64,000 bases of DNA from Synechococcus sp. (GCA_047285305.1 JBJBDL010000003.1:928001-992000), one strand, 5' to 3'; positions 36,420-46,822 are shown, numbered from the stretch's first letter. The notes: generated by a model not told the origin, from the letters alone. Translations and numbers: made by a program.

Positions 36420-37347
36420 GGCGCATCTTCAGGCTGGATTGCAGGGCCGCGTGATCGCTAACGCTCTCCTCGAGCATTTGCAGGAGATAGGAGCCGTAGC
36501 CACTCTTCTTGAGGGGCTGCGCCAGCTGATTCAGCTGCTCTGCCGTGATCCAGCCCTGGCGCCAGGCCACCTCTTCCGGGCAGCCCACCTTCAGCCCCTG
36601 GCGATGTTCGAGCGTGCGGATGTAGCTGCCGGCATCGTTGAGGGAATCGCAGGTGCCGGTGTCGAGCCAGGCCATGCCGCGACCCATCAATTCCACCCGC
36701 AGCAGCCCTTCATTCAGGTACAGCTGATTGAGATCGGTGATCTCCAGCTCGCCACGCGCTGAAGGCTTCACCTGGCGGGCCCGTTCCACGACGCTGTCGT
36801 CGTAGAAGTACAGCCCGGTCACGGCGTAGCGGCTCTTGGGCTTCTGAGGTTTTTCCTCCAGGCTCAGCACGCAGCCATCGGCATCGAATTCGGCCACGCC
36901 ATAACGCTCGGGATCACTCACGGGGTATGCAAACACCGTCGCCCCTTGGGCCTGCGTGTTGCTGTTAACCAGCTGGGGCACCAGATCGTGCCCATGGAAG
37001 AGGTTGTCTCCCAGCACCAGCGCGGCGGGGTGGCTCGCCAGGAAGTCGGCGCCAATGAGAAATGCCTGGGCCAAACCGTCAGGGCTCGGTTGCACGGCGT
37101 ACTCAATCGTCATGCCCCACCGGCGGCCGTCGCCGAGCAAGCGCTGAAATGCCTCCCTGTCTTGAGGGGTGGTGATGATCAGCACCTCGCGGATCCCCGC
37201 CAGCATCAGAGTGCTGAGCGGGTAATAAATCATCGGCTTGTCGTAAACCGGCAGCAGCTGTTTGCTGACGGCCTGGGTGATCGGATGCAGCCGTGTGCCG
37301 CTTCCTCCAGCCAGGATGATTCCCCGTCGCTTGGATGCGGTGCTCAT
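36409..37347 (-). CDS. rfbA: glucose-1-phosphate thymidylyltransferase
   Basis: [38 protein letters not shown]. Confidence 0.97.
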   Translation of the reverse strand: MSTASKRRGIILAGGSGTRLHPITQAVSKQLLPVYDKPMIYYPLSTLMLAGIREVLIITTPQDREAFQRLLGDGRRWGMTIEYAVQPSPDGLAQAFLIGADFLASHPAALVLGDNLFHGHDLVPQLVNSNTQAQGATVFAYPVSDPERYGVAEFDADGCVLSLEEKPQKPKSRYAVTGLYFYDDSVVERARQVKPSARGELEITDLNQLYLNEGLLRVELMGRGMAWLDTGTCDSLNDAGSYIRTLEHRQGLKVGCPEEVAWRQGWITAEQLNQLAQPLKKSGYGSYLLQMLEESVSDHAALQSSLKMRHAA

Positions 37348-37469
37348 CGGCTGGCTCACCGTCGTGAAGTCGGCGCCATTTCAGCACGAGAACCCTTGCG
37401 ATCACTCCATTTGGGGCGATGGCAAAGCCGTTTCAGCAGATCACTCCTCTGTGGAGTTGTCTGCATGTG

Positions 37470-38474
37470 TCATGCAGCGGACGCGGTTAGGACGTCGATC
37501 TGCTGCGTCAGCAGCTCCCTGGCCTGGGCGGGCGTGGGGGCTCGCATGAGGGCATGCCGCAGTTGCGAGGCACCGGGGAAGCCCGTGCAGGTCCAGCCCA
37601 TGTGTTTGCGGGCGATCAGCAGACCATGGTCGCCGCGATCCTCCACAAGACCGTCCAGTTGATCGCGGGCAAGTGCAAGCCGTGCTGACGGGTTGGGTGT
37701 GGCGGGGATCGCACGACCGGCCAGGGTGGCGTCGATCTGTCCCACCAGCCATGGGGCTCCCATCGTGCCTCTTCCCACCATCACGCCCGCCGCGCCGGTT
37801 TGCTGCAGGCAGCGCAGGGCATCGTCGGGGCTGTTGATGTCGCCGTTCGCAATCAGGGGGATCGTGAGGGCTTTTCGAACTTTGGTGATCGCGCTCCAGT
37901 CCGCAGAACCCTTGAAGCCCTGTTCGCGGGTGCGTCCATGCAGTGTGAGCAGTTGTGCACCGGCTTGTTCCAGCTGTTGGCACCAGTGCACGGGATCGGC
38001 ATCACTGCCACACCAACCCAGGCGTGTCTTCACCGTGACGGGCACGGCTACGGCATCTGCCACCGCTTCCACGATCTGGATGGCCAGCTCGGGATCACGG
38101 ATCAAGCCGGACCCACCCCCTTTGCGGGCAATCTTGCGCACAGGGCAGCCCATGTTGATATCGATCAGGAAGGCCCCACTGGCTTCAGCCCGTCGTGCCG
38201 CATCAGCCATGGCCTGGGGGCGATGGTCGAACAGTTGCACGCCGATGGGGCCGGATTCCTCGGCGAGCGATTCCACCTTGCAAAGCCCATGCCCCATCTC
38301 GAGGCTGGTGGCATTCACCATTTCGGTGAACAACAGCGCGTCGGGAGCCCAACGTCGAACCAGACCGCGAAAGATCCGATCGCTCACCCCTGCCAGCGGT
38401 GACTGCAGCACGCGGCAGCGCAGCTGACGCGTGATTCCATTGCCGGGTAGCTGCAGGGGGGATGAAGCAATCAT
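37470..38474 (-). CDS. dusB: tRNA-dihydrouridine synthase B
   Basis: PLAGVSD, IDINMGCP, LHGRT, IANGDI, VMVGRG. Confidence 0.92.
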   Translation of the reverse strand: MIASSPLQLPGNGITRQLRCRVLQSPLAGVSDRIFRGLVRRWAPDALLFTEMVNATSLEMGHGLCKVESLAEESGPIGVQLFDHRPQAMADAARRAEASGAFLIDINMGCPVRKIARKGGGSGLIRDPELAIQIVEAVADAVAVPVTVKTRLGWCGSDADPVHWCQQLEQAGAQLLTLHGRTREQGFKGSADWSAITKVRKALTIPLIANGDINSPDDALRCLQQTGAAGVMVGRGTMGAPWLVGQIDATLAGRAIPATPNPSARLALARDQLDGLVEDRGDHGLLIARKHMGWTCTGFPGASQLRHALMRAPTPAQARELLTQQIDVLTASAA

Positions 38475-38480
38475 GGGTCC

Positions 38481-38948
38481 ATGCTGCACAACGCAACCGA
38501 CATGCCCTGGCCGCTCAGTCGTTCGTTGTTGTTGCAGATCCTCGAGGACCGCTGCAGCGATCGCTTTGTTTGCGAAAGGATCTGGGAACGTTTGGGCTAT
38601 CAGCCTACTGAACCGCAGTGGTGCGCTGGTCCTGATACACCCTCCGAATGGGCCGACGCCTTCCCTAAGGCTCCCGAGCTGATCGCGGAGCGTCCGGCGT
38701 CTGTTCGTTTGACCCGCTCGGTTCCCAAGCAACACAAACAGCTGCTGAAGCAACAGCTCAACTTCGCGGGTTACCGCATCGGTGAGTTGTACCCCCGCCG
38801 CACCCGACGAGCCACAGCTGTGAACTGGCTGTTGGCCTGGTTGGCCCAGCAGGGCGAGCCCCTGCCGGAACAAGGGCCCCTGGGCCCTGAGCTTCCCCCT
38901 CCTGCCGATCCGGTGCTAGGGCACCCCGGCGATCTGCCGGTGAAGTGA
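38481..38948 (+). CDS. conserved cyanobacterial protein (DUF1823-like)
   Basis: WERLGY, RPASVRLTRS, PRRTRRATAVNWLL. Confidence 0.75.
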   Translation: MLHNATDMPWPLSRSLLLQILEDRCSDRFVCERIWERLGYQPTEPQWCAGPDTPSEWADAFPKAPELIAERPASVRLTRSVPKQHKQLLKQQLNFAGYRIGELYPRRTRRATAVNWLLAWLAQQGEPLPEQGPLGPELPPPADPVLGHPGDLPVK

Positions 38949-38962
38949 TCCGGTGGCCTAAC

Positions 38963-39346
38963 TCAGGCCTGAATTGTGATGGGTGTGCCTTTCGGGGTGT
39001 TGTGGAACATCCAACGGGCGTGATTCAGCGGCATGCGCACACAGTCATGGCTGCGGGGAACGCCGAACGGTTTCCCTGCGTTCTCCTGCCAGGGGGAGGC
39101 GTGGAGGCAGATGGCCTCGTTCGCGCTCACACACATCTTGAACGGCACCCCGGGAAAGGTGTAAGTGCGTCCATACATCGTTGTGGATCGGTACTTCGTA
39201 CAAACCTTGCTGTTGAAAATCGGTGTTGGCGTTGAGGCTTTGCCGGTGCTGACCGGAATCACGCGAACCACCTCTTGATTGCTGTTGTAGATGGTCAGGC
39301 GTTGGTCGGAGAGGTCGACCACAAGGTTGGCGACGACCTCGAGCAT
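38963..39346 (-). CDS. L,D-transpeptidase (YkuD) domain protein with atypical SHDC motif
   Basis: VDLSDQRL, PVSTGK..TP, LH...PRSHDCVRM. Confidence 0.8.
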   Translation of the reverse strand: MLEVVANLVVDLSDQRLTIYNSNQEVVRVIPVSTGKASTPTPIFNSKVCTKYRSTTMYGRTYTFPGVPFKMCVSANEAICLHASPWQENAGKPFGVPRSHDCVRMPLNHARWMFHNTPKGTPITIQA

Positions 39347-39475
39347 GGCGAGGTAACCACTGAACTCGCCCAAGCCGTCTCAGGTGAGACTCATTTGTCT
39401 CGCTCCGAAAGGATTTCGGTTCTCTAGGGGCTTTATGGCTTCTCTGTAGGGTGAAAGATTGGCCTGAGCAGACCC

Positions 39476-40843
39476 TTGGCGCGTCCTGTCGTCGCAATCA
39501 TCGGACGCCCCAATGTCGGTAAGTCGACCTTGGTGAATCGGCTGTGTCGCAGCCGGGAAGCCATCGTTCACGATCAGCCTGGCGTGACGCGTGATCGCAC
39601 TTACCAGGACGGCTACTGGGGCGATCGGGAATTCAAGGTCGTCGACACCGGTGGACTGGTGTTCGATGACGACAGTGAGTTCCTGCCGGAGATCCGGGAG
39701 CAGGCGGCTCTTGCGCTCGAGGAAGCCAGTGTGGCTCTGGTGATCGTGGACGGTCAGCAGGGGCTCACAGCCGCTGACGAGTCCATCGCGGAATTTCTAC
39801 GCAGTCACCGCTGTCCCACGCTTCTGGCGGTGAACAAGTGCGAGTCGCCGGAACAGGGCCTGGCGATGGCCGGCGAATTCTGGAGCCTTGGCCTGGGTGA
39901 ACCCCATCCGATCTCTGCCATCCACGGCGCCGGCACCGGAGAACTGCTGGATCATGTGCTCACCTTTTTCCCACCGAAGGATCAGGAGGGTGACGAGGAG
40001 GAGCCCATTCAGATGGCCATTATCGGACGGCCAAATGTCGGGAAATCCAGTCTGTTGAATGCCATCTGCGGGGAGCAGCGGGCGATTGTCAGCCCAATCC
40101 GCGGCACCACCCGCGACACGATCGACACCAGCATCATTCGTGAGAATCGTCCCTGGCGCCTGGTGGACACGGCGGGCATTCGGCGGCGACGCAGCGTCAA
40201 CTATGGCCCGGAATTCTTCGGCATCAACAGGAGTTTCAAGGCCATTGAACGCAGTGATGTGTGTGTTCTGGTGATCGATGCTCTCGATGGGGTGACCGAG
40301 CAGGATCAGCGCCTGGCTGGCCGCATCGAAGAGGACGGCCGTGCCTGCGTGGTGGTCGTCAACAAGTGGGACGCGGTGGAAAAAGACAGCCACACCATGA
40401 CGGCGATGGAAAAGGAGCTGCGCTCCAAGCTCTATTTCCTCGATTGGGCTCCGATGCTGTTCACCTCGGCGCTCACCGGTCAGCGCGTGGAGAGTATCTT
40501 TGCCTTGGCCGCCTTGGCGGTTGAGCAGCACCGTCGCCGCGTCAGTACGTCCGTTGTGAACGAGGTGCTCAAGGAAGCGCTGAGCTGGCGCAGTCCCCCC
40601 ACCACTCGCGGTGGACGCCAAGGAAAGTTGTATTACGGCACCCAGGTGGCCAGCCGGCCGCCCAGCTTCACCCTGTTCGTAAACGACCCCAAATTGTTCG
40701 GAGAGACCTACCGGCGCTATGTGGAGCGTCAGATCCGCGAGGGGCTTGGTTTCGATGGCAGCCCGTTGCGTCTGTTCTGGCGCGGCAAGCAGCAGCGCGA
40801 TGCCGAACGCGACCTGGCCCGTCAGCAGAGTCGCAAAGGCTGA
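39476..40843 (+). CDS. der: ribosome biogenesis GTPase Der/EngA
   Basis: two GRPNVGKS G-domains plus KH-like C-terminus. Confidence 0.97.
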   Translation: MARPVVAIIGRPNVGKSTLVNRLCRSREAIVHDQPGVTRDRTYQDGYWGDREFKVVDTGGLVFDDDSEFLPEIREQAALALEEASVALVIVDGQQGLTAADESIAEFLRSHRCPTLLAVNKCESPEQGLAMAGEFWSLGLGEPHPISAIHGAGTGELLDHVLTFFPPKDQEGDEEEPIQMAIIGRPNVGKSSLLNAICGEQRAIVSPIRGTTRDTIDTSIIRENRPWRLVDTAGIRRRRSVNYGPEFFGINRSFKAIERSDVCVLVIDALDGVTEQDQRLAGRIEEDGRACVVVVNKWDAVEKDSHTMTAMEKELRSKLYFLDWAPMLFTSALTGQRVESIFALAALAVEQHRRRVSTSVVNEVLKEALSWRSPPTTRGGRQGKLYYGTQVASRPPSFTLFVNDPKLFGETYRRYVERQIREGLGFDGSPLRLFWRGKQQRDAERDLARQQSRKG

Positions 40844-40846
40844 GTC

Positions 40847-41755
40847 ATGGACTGGTTGCGCCAGGTCCCCATGGGTCAATACGTCGATGGGTCCACGGGT
40901 TGGCTCCGGCGCTTGGACCCTCGCCTGAAGCTGGCCTGGTCTGTTGTCTTTCTGCTTACTCCTGTTCTGGCGGGCCCCCTCTGGCGCGTCGGCCTGGTGG
41001 TGGCTCTGGTGCTGATCACCCTCGGCAGTGGACTGGCTCGTTCGCTGTGGTGGAGGTCTGTTCTGCTGCTGACGGCCTTGGCCGTTGTGGTGGGTCTCCT
41101 GTCGATGTTCTTGCCGGCTGTGGATCCCCCTGCGGCTTTCCCGCTGCGCAATCCGGCCGAGCTTCCGGGGCTCGAGACTGGAGGCCCCTCCTGGGATCTG
41201 TTGCGCCTCGGCCCCCTGCAGTTGGGCGGTCTCCAGCTGGGGCCGCTGGTGGTGGATCGGGCCTCGGCGCTGCTGGGGCTGCGAACGTCGACCTTGATCT
41301 TCACCGTGATTCACAGCGTCAACCTGATGCTGATCACGACCCCGCCTGAGGATCTGGTCTGGGCCCTCAGCTGGTGCCTGGCGCCATTGAAGTGGCTGGG
41401 ATGTCCTGTGGAGCGGCTGGGGTTTCAATTGCTGCTGGCACTTCGCTTTCTGCCTCTGGTGCAGGAGGAGCTCCAGAATCTGCTGCGCTCTCTCGCCAGC
41501 CGTGCCGTCAATCTGCGCCAGCTGGGCTTCAAGGCCGGTTTCGGCCTGGTGCTGGCCGTCGGAGAGCGGCTGCTGGCCAACATCCTTCTCAGGGCTGAGC
41601 AGGGGGCTGATGCTCTGGTCGTCCGTGGGGGTCGAATTCTCGGTCCGTCGTACTTCCGCATGTCTCCCGATCGGGCTGCTCCCCTGCTGAATGGCCTGGC
41701 GATTGTCGCTCTTGTGTTGGTGATTGGGCTCCGCGGTCAGTACGGTGCTCTATGA
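40847..41755 (+). CDS. ECF transporter T component (CbiQ/EcfT)
   Basis: LDPRLKL, LITTPPEDL, LALRFLPLV. Confidence 0.85.
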   Translation: MDWLRQVPMGQYVDGSTGWLRRLDPRLKLAWSVVFLLTPVLAGPLWRVGLVVALVLITLGSGLARSLWWRSVLLLTALAVVVGLLSMFLPAVDPPAAFPLRNPAELPGLETGGPSWDLLRLGPLQLGGLQLGPLVVDRASALLGLRTSTLIFTVIHSVNLMLITTPPEDLVWALSWCLAPLKWLGCPVERLGFQLLLALRFLPLVQEELQNLLRSLASRAVNLRQLGFKAGFGLVLAVGERLLANILLRAEQGADALVVRGGRILGPSYFRMSPDRAAPLLNGLAIVALVLVIGLRGQYGAL

Positions 41756-41769
41756 CCTCCGATCACGGC

Positions 41770-42036
41770 ATGGCGTCCGAGCAATATCTGAATCACCCCA
41801 CCTTCGGGATGCTCTATCGGGTGGCTCCGGCAGGTGAGGGTCGTGACGTCTACGCAACGTTGTATGCCCAGCGCATGTTCTTCCTGGTCACCCTGCAGCC
41901 CCGTGGCGCTCAGTTTGAAGTGATTCCCTACGGGGACGCGCGCCACCACGCTGAGGTGCATCTGGGTCGTTGCCGTCGTGATGGCTCGGACGACCTGGAG
42001 TCCTGGCGTCAGCTGTTCGATCAGACGTTCATCTGA
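41770..42036 (+). CDS. pipX: PII/NtcA-interacting protein PipX
   Basis: MASEQYLNHPTFGMLY...ATLYAQRMFFLV. Confidence 0.93.
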   Translation: MASEQYLNHPTFGMLYRVAPAGEGRDVYATLYAQRMFFLVTLQPRGAQFEVIPYGDARHHAEVHLGRCRRDGSDDLESWRQLFDQTFI

Positions 42037-42040
42037 ACCC

Positions 42041-42703
42041 TTGACCGATTCCTTCGCTGCGCGTTGGCAGGCGCTCCAGACAGGCCGCCCCTCTTCATCC
42101 AGGCTTCTGGCCGTCAGCAAAGGGCATCCAGCCGCGTCCGTGCGTTGCGTGGCGGAGCTTGGTCAGTTTGATTTCGGGGAAAGCCGCGTTCAGGAGGCTC
42201 TGCCGAAGCAAGAGGAGCTGATCGATCTGAACTTGCGCTGGCATTTCATCGGTCGCCTGCAAAGCAACAAAGTGCGGCCGGTGGTGAAGGCCTTCGATGT
42301 CATTCACTCGGTGGATTCCCTGGCGCTGGCCGAACGGTTGTCGCGCATTGCCTTGGAGGAGGGCCGTCAGCCTGAAGTGCTGCTGCAGGTGAAACTGCGC
42401 CCCGATCCCAGTAAAGGGGGCTTGTCGGCCGATGAACTCGGTGCCATTTGGTCCGACCTGCAGGCTCTGCCGGGGTTGCGGATCTCGGGTCTGATGACCA
42501 TGGCGCCGCTCGACATGGCCGCAGGGCAGCGCAAGGCGCTGTTTTCCGACTGCCGTGCCCTGGCGGATCGGCTGGCCTTGACGGAGTGCTCGATGGGGAT
42601 GAGCACGGACTGGAAAGAGGCTGCTGAAGCGGGCAGCACCTGGCTCAGGATCGGTTCGGCCCTGTTCGGTCCGAGATTGGTGTCAACAGACGCTGCGAAT
42701 TGA
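42041..42703 (+). CDS. pipY: PLP homeostasis protein (YggS/PipY)
   Basis: LLAVSK, FGESRVQE, WHFIGRLQSNK, SMGMS, RIGSALFG; TTG start. Confidence 0.92.
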   Translation: MTDSFAARWQALQTGRPSSSRLLAVSKGHPAASVRCVAELGQFDFGESRVQEALPKQEELIDLNLRWHFIGRLQSNKVRPVVKAFDVIHSVDSLALAERLSRIALEEGRQPEVLLQVKLRPDPSKGGLSADELGAIWSDLQALPGLRISGLMTMAPLDMAAGQRKALFSDCRALADRLALTECSMGMSTDWKEAAEAGSTWLRIGSALFGPRLVSTDAAN

Positions 42704-42778
42704 CTTGCCCCGCCGCAGCGAAAACGGTATCCAGGGACATGGTTTTCGAACCACATACAGACCGAGAGGAATCCCAAG

Positions 42779-43345
42779 GTGTCGCTGATCTCCCGTCTCC
42801 GTGCCGTCGTCGCTGGCGATGACTATCTCGATGGCGAATTGGATGATTTCGCCTACGACGACGAGCAAGATGACCAGGACCAGCGCGCCCTGCAGGCTGA
42901 CGGTGGTGCACTAGCCACCATTGGAGACTCCAACCCGTTTGATTTGGGTGGTGATCTGCCTGGATCCAACGTAATCGGCATGCCCGGCATCAGCAGTGCT
43001 GTGTCCGAGGTGAATGTGATGGAACCCCGCAGCTTCGACGAAATGCCTCGGGCCATACAGGCGCTGCGGGAGCGTAAGACCGTGATCCTCAACCTCACGA
43101 TGATGGAGCCCGACCAGGCCCAGCGGGCTGTTGATTTCGTCGCTGGTGGCACCTTCGCGATCGATGGACACCAGGAGCGCGTCGGTGAGAGCATCTTCCT
43201 GTTCGCCCCAAGCTGCGTCACCGTGACCAACACCGGTCAAGATGACGCCTCGGCTCCAACGGTGGTGAGCCGTGAGGCCGATGTGGCGGATGTCGACGAA
43301 TCCGCCAGCGCACCCTCGCCCGCCTGGGGGGCAGCCGCTCCCTGA
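42779..43345 (+). CDS. sepF: cell division protein SepF
   Basis: [23 protein letters not shown]. Confidence 0.93.
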   Translation: MSLISRLRAVVAGDDYLDGELDDFAYDDEQDDQDQRALQADGGALATIGDSNPFDLGGDLPGSNVIGMPGISSAVSEVNVMEPRSFDEMPRAIQALRERKTVILNLTMMEPDQAQRAVDFVAGGTFAIDGHQERVGESIFLFAPSCVTVTNTGQDDASAPTVVSREADVADVDESASAPSPAWGAAAP

Positions 43346-43353
43346 AATCCACA

Positions 43354-44166
43354 GTGCAGCCAGCTTTCGGTGTGATCGGCCTGGGTCGCATGGCTCAGGC
43401 CCTCGTGGTTCCTCTCTTGGAGCATGGACGGATTCCGGCCGACCAGCTGTTGGCGGTGGTCGGAGGATCTGGCTCGCTTGAGCAACGACGTGGGACCCTG
43501 CCGGCTGACATCGGTTTGGTTACCGCTGATGATCCTTCCGCTCAGCAGGTCTGGACGGCTCCGATCCAGCTGCTCGCGGTGAAGCCGCAGCAACTTGATG
43601 CTGTTGCGGCAGCTGCTGGACCTGTTGTTGGTCAACCGCTGCTGATCTCTGTGTTGGCAGGGGTGTCTTTGGCGCGGTTGCAGCATTTGTTTCCCGGTCA
43701 TCGCTCTGTTCGGGCGGTGCCCAACACCCCTGCGCTGGTGGGAGCTGGGTTGACAGCTCTGGCCTGGGGGGAGGGAATCGACCAAGTGCAACGGGATCAA
43801 GTGCGGCAGCTGTTCGCCGATGTGGGCGAAGTTTTGGAGTTGGCGGAAGCCAAGCTCGATGCGTTCCTGGCCCTCACCTCGTCGGGCCCTGCCTTTGTGG
43901 CCCTAGTGGCGGAAGCCATGGCCGATGGGGCGGTTGCGGCCGGTCTTCCCAGGGATCTGGCCCTACGGCTGAGCCACCGCACCCTGGCTGGAACAGCTGA
44001 GCTGCTGGACCGACGCGATCTGCACCCAGCCCAGGTCAAGGACATGGTCACCTCCCCGGGGGGCACCACCATCGCCGGCGTCCGCGCGCTGGAACGCATC
44101 GGCCTGCGTTCTGCCTTGATCGAAGCGGTTGTAGCTGCTGCGGAACGCAGCCGAGAGCTGGCCTAG
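43354..44166 (+). CDS. proC: pyrroline-5-carboxylate reductase
   Basis: GLGRMA, LAVKPQ, PNTP, SGPA, VTSPGGTT. Confidence 0.95.
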   Translation: MQPAFGVIGLGRMAQALVVPLLEHGRIPADQLLAVVGGSGSLEQRRGTLPADIGLVTADDPSAQQVWTAPIQLLAVKPQQLDAVAAAAGPVVGQPLLISVLAGVSLARLQHLFPGHRSVRAVPNTPALVGAGLTALAWGEGIDQVQRDQVRQLFADVGEVLELAEAKLDAFLALTSSGPAFVALVAEAMADGAVAAGLPRDLALRLSHRTLAGTAELLDRRDLHPAQVKDMVTSPGGTTIAGVRALERIGLRSALIEAVVAAAERSRELA

Positions 44167-44918
44167 GGCAGCACCTCCGGCCATCCCTGCCGGATCAGCA
44201 GAAGCGAGAAGTAGGGGCGCGGGTCGGCTGCAACTGAATCCGCGCAACAGATCTGCTGGTCGGGCCAGCCGACCCGCTCGGCAAAAAGTGCTTGTTGCAG
44301 CAGGCCTCGCTGCTTCAGCAGGGGTTGTACCCAACTCCAGCGCCGACCCAGCTTCAGCAGGGCCAGAACTTGCCCCGTTGCCGCGGCTGTGTCAAGCACC
44401 CGCTCCAGCTCATCAGGCGTGTCGGGGCAAGGGCGCAACAGCAGTTGGTCTTGCTGCAGAGCGAGGGGCCAGAGGCCTGCAGCCGCGGCTGCCGAGCAGG
44501 AGGTGATCCCAGGAATCACGGTAATGGGACAGTCTGGCCACGCCTGATGAAGGGCCAGCAGCACGTAGCTGCAACTCGCAAATAGAGACGCATCTCCCTC
44601 ACACAGCAGTGCCACCTGCTGGCCAGAACGGATGGCCTGCTGCAGCTCCTGTGCCGCCGCTCCCCAGGCGGTGCGACGCGGTTCGGCGGCTTCCACCATT
44701 GGGAACAACAAGGGCAGGCGCTGATGGTCGCTGCGGATCCAGGCCGCGGCGATTTTGGCGGCCATGCTGTCGGCCCCCGGTCGTCCGACCGGGTAGGCCA
44801 CCACCTCCGCTCGGTGGATGGCTTCAACGGCGGCCAGGGTGAGCAGGGAAGGATCGCCCGGGCCGACCCCCACCAGTGTGAGACCCCCAGTCGTGGTGGG
44901 ATCGATGATGGTCAGCAG
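44163..44918 (-). CDS. cobI: precorrin-2 C20-methyltransferase; start probably non-canonical
   Basis: LTLVGVGPGDPSLLT, LCEGDASLF, IPGITS; first canonical start (GTG 44873) lies inside the motif. Confidence 0.85.
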   Translation of the reverse strand: MLTIIDPTTTGGLTLVGVGPGDPSLLTLAAVEAIHRAEVVAYPVGRPGADSMAAKIAAAWIRSDHQRLPLLFPMVEAAEPRRTAWGAAAQELQQAIRSGQQVALLCEGDASLFASCSYVLLALHQAWPDCPITVIPGITSCSAAAAAGLWPLALQQDQLLLRPCPDTPDELERVLDTAAATGQVLALLKLGRRWSWVQPLLKQRGLLQQALFAERVGWPDQQICCADSVAADPRPYFSLLLIRQGWPEVLP

Positions 44919-44941
44919 TCGATGCGCCCGGGGTCCAGACG

Positions 44942-45502
44942 ATGAGTCGTCTCAGCATCTTTCCAGACGAAAGCGCAGCCCATGCTCCGAATGGGCCCAT
45001 GCCTGCGCTGGAGAGCGATGATCCGGTAGTGATTCAGACGGAGCTCAGCCGCCGGGGCATCGGCTTTGAGCAATGGCCGGCGGAGCAGGGCCTGCCGGAG
45101 GGGGCCGACCAGGCCACCATCCTCCAGGCCTATGCCGATGCCATTGCCCGGGTTCAACGTGATGGCGATTACGCGACGGTCGACGCGATTCGGATGACGC
45201 CGGATCACCCCGATCGTGAGCCCCTGCGCCGCAAGTTCCTTGAGGAGCACACCCATGCCGAAGACGAAGTGCGATTTTTTGTGGAAGGGTGCGGCTTGTT
45301 TGTGCTGCACATCGGTTCCGAGGTGCTCAGCATGCTGTGCGAACGGGGCGACCTGATGCGGGTCCCTGCCGGGACCCGGCATTGGTTTGACATGGGCTCT
45401 CAGCCTCAGTTCTGTGCTGTGCGTTGGTTCAATAACCCCGAGGGATGGGTGGCGCAGTTCACCGGCAGCAGCATCGCCCAGCGATTTCCCAGGCTTGACT
45501 GA
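44942..45502 (+). CDS. mtnD: acireductone dioxygenase
   Basis: FLEEHTHAEDEVRFFVEG, VPAGTRHWF, GWVAQFTG. Confidence 0.93.
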   Translation: MSRLSIFPDESAAHAPNGPMPALESDDPVVIQTELSRRGIGFEQWPAEQGLPEGADQATILQAYADAIARVQRDGDYATVDAIRMTPDHPDREPLRRKFLEEHTHAEDEVRFFVEGCGLFVLHIGSEVLSMLCERGDLMRVPAGTRHWFDMGSQPQFCAVRWFNNPEGWVAQFTGSSIAQRFPRLD

Positions 45503-45523
45503 GGGGGCGTTCCAGAGACTTTG

Positions 45524-45694
45524 ATGCGTCTCCTCCGCACCTTTACTGCGCTCCTGCTGGCCGACAGCTGCGCCCTGGATCCAGCCAAGGAGGCTGAAGC
45601 GCTGCGGCTGGCCGAAAATGAACACGAACCTTTTCTCGAGCTGGGTCTCAGAGGGGGCGATGAGAACGCTGGCTTTTATTTCCTCAGCGAATAA
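45524..45694 (+). CDS. 56-aa hypothetical ORF or gene remnant
   Basis: ATG..TAA translated by hand; signal-peptide-like start MRLLRTFTALLLA. Confidence 0.3.
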   Translation: MRLLRTFTALLLADSCALDPAKEAEALRLAENEHEPFLELGLRGGDENAGFYFLSE

Positions 45695-45733
45695 AAACCG
45701 CACATAGGGGTCCGGCCTGTTTGCCTGGCTGCT

Positions 45734-46294
45734 GTGGTCGTTCGGTCTTGTCTCGCGTTGAAGCTGCTGGCGCTGTTGGGCGTGCCTTGTTCTGACGCTG
45801 AGTTGGATCTGGCCTCTGCCTCCAGGCTCCCCACCACGTTGCCATCCACCTCCGCCAACGAGTCGGTCTTGGTGCTGAACCGCACCACGCGATCGCTCCA
45901 GCGCACGGGAGATCCCATCTGGAGTCTGCGTCTGGAAACCCCAGGTCAGCCCGTGCAGCACTTCGATGCCGACAGAGGTCGGGCCCACCGTCAGAATGCC
46001 GATCGCCTTCGCTTCGGCACCCGCGCGCCTCTCCCCGCCGGTCTCTAAGTCCTTGGCCCGGTGGAGCCCCTGGGTCCCGCTGATCCCCGGGAGCTCGGGC
46101 CCATCTGGATTGGGATTGAACCGCAGTTCCCCACTGGTCGAGGTCATCTGGGCATTCATCTCGACCCCAGTGCCAACTGCAATTCCAACAGCGGCACGCT
46201 CGGCTGTTTTGGCTTGATTCGCTGGGACGACATGCAGGCCCTGGCGGGTCTGGTGCAGCGCCGTAACGTCCGAACATTGGTGGTCAGCGAGTCA
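45734..46294 (+). pseudogene. secreted L,D-transpeptidase-like gene interrupted by an in-frame TAA
   Basis: APLPAGL*VLGPVEP in one frame; distal half carries GIH...GTLGC. Confidence 0.7.
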
Positions 46295-46813
46295 ATGTTC
46301 TCTGATTGGGGCTTTAGTTGGGGCGGCTGGTTGGACAACCGCCGGGGTGAGTGGTGGCTGCTGGCCCAGCTGCTGCTGATCAAGGCCCATTTGCTGCCGG
46401 TCTGGCCAGCTCCTGCCAGCTTCGGTGTGGCGATTTGGCCCAAACCCTTGTTCGGGCTGGGCTTGCTGCTGTTGGCTTTTGGCCTGTTTCGGGCCCTTGA
46501 GGCGTTTCGCTGTCTCGGGGCCAGCCTTTCGCCGCTGCCGGCGCCCAAGCCGGCGAATCAGTTGATCGCCACAGGCTCCTACGCCATCTGCCGGCATCCC
46601 TTGTACCGGGCGGTATTGCTTTGTTCCGCAGGAGTATTGCTGGCCACAGGCAGCCCTCTGCACCTGTTGCTGTTGGTCAGCCTGGCGGCTGTGCTGCGGG
46701 GCAAAGCTCGCTTCGAGGAGCAGGGGTTGCGGGCGCTGCATCCGGATTACAGCCAATACGCCGCGGTCACCCCTGCGATTTTGGGTTGGGTTCCTGGCTT
46801 GGACTGGCGCTGA
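46295..46813 (+). CDS. isoprenylcysteine carboxyl methyltransferase/PEMT family membrane protein
   Basis: LSPLPAP, GSYAICRHPLY, KARFEE, Y..Y. Confidence 0.85.
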   Translation: MFSDWGFSWGGWLDNRRGEWWLLAQLLLIKAHLLPVWPAPASFGVAIWPKPLFGLGLLLLAFGLFRALEAFRCLGASLSPLPAPKPANQLIATGSYAICRHPLYRAVLLCSAGVLLATGSPLHLLLLVSLAAVLRGKARFEEQGLRALHPDYSQYAAVTPAILGWVPGLDWR

Positions 46814-46822
46814 TGGCCTGGC

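Noticed and set aside
37470..38873. 467-aa dusB with a long N-terminal extension
   Set aside because: The extension is antisense to the DUF1823-like gene; ATG 38474 gives the normal length
39476..44166. der-pipX-pipY-sepF-proC linkage as a novel system
   Set aside because: Already described cyanobacterial gene cluster
44912..46159. 415-aa minus-strand ORF
   Set aside because: Antisense to mtnD and the pseudogene; no motifs
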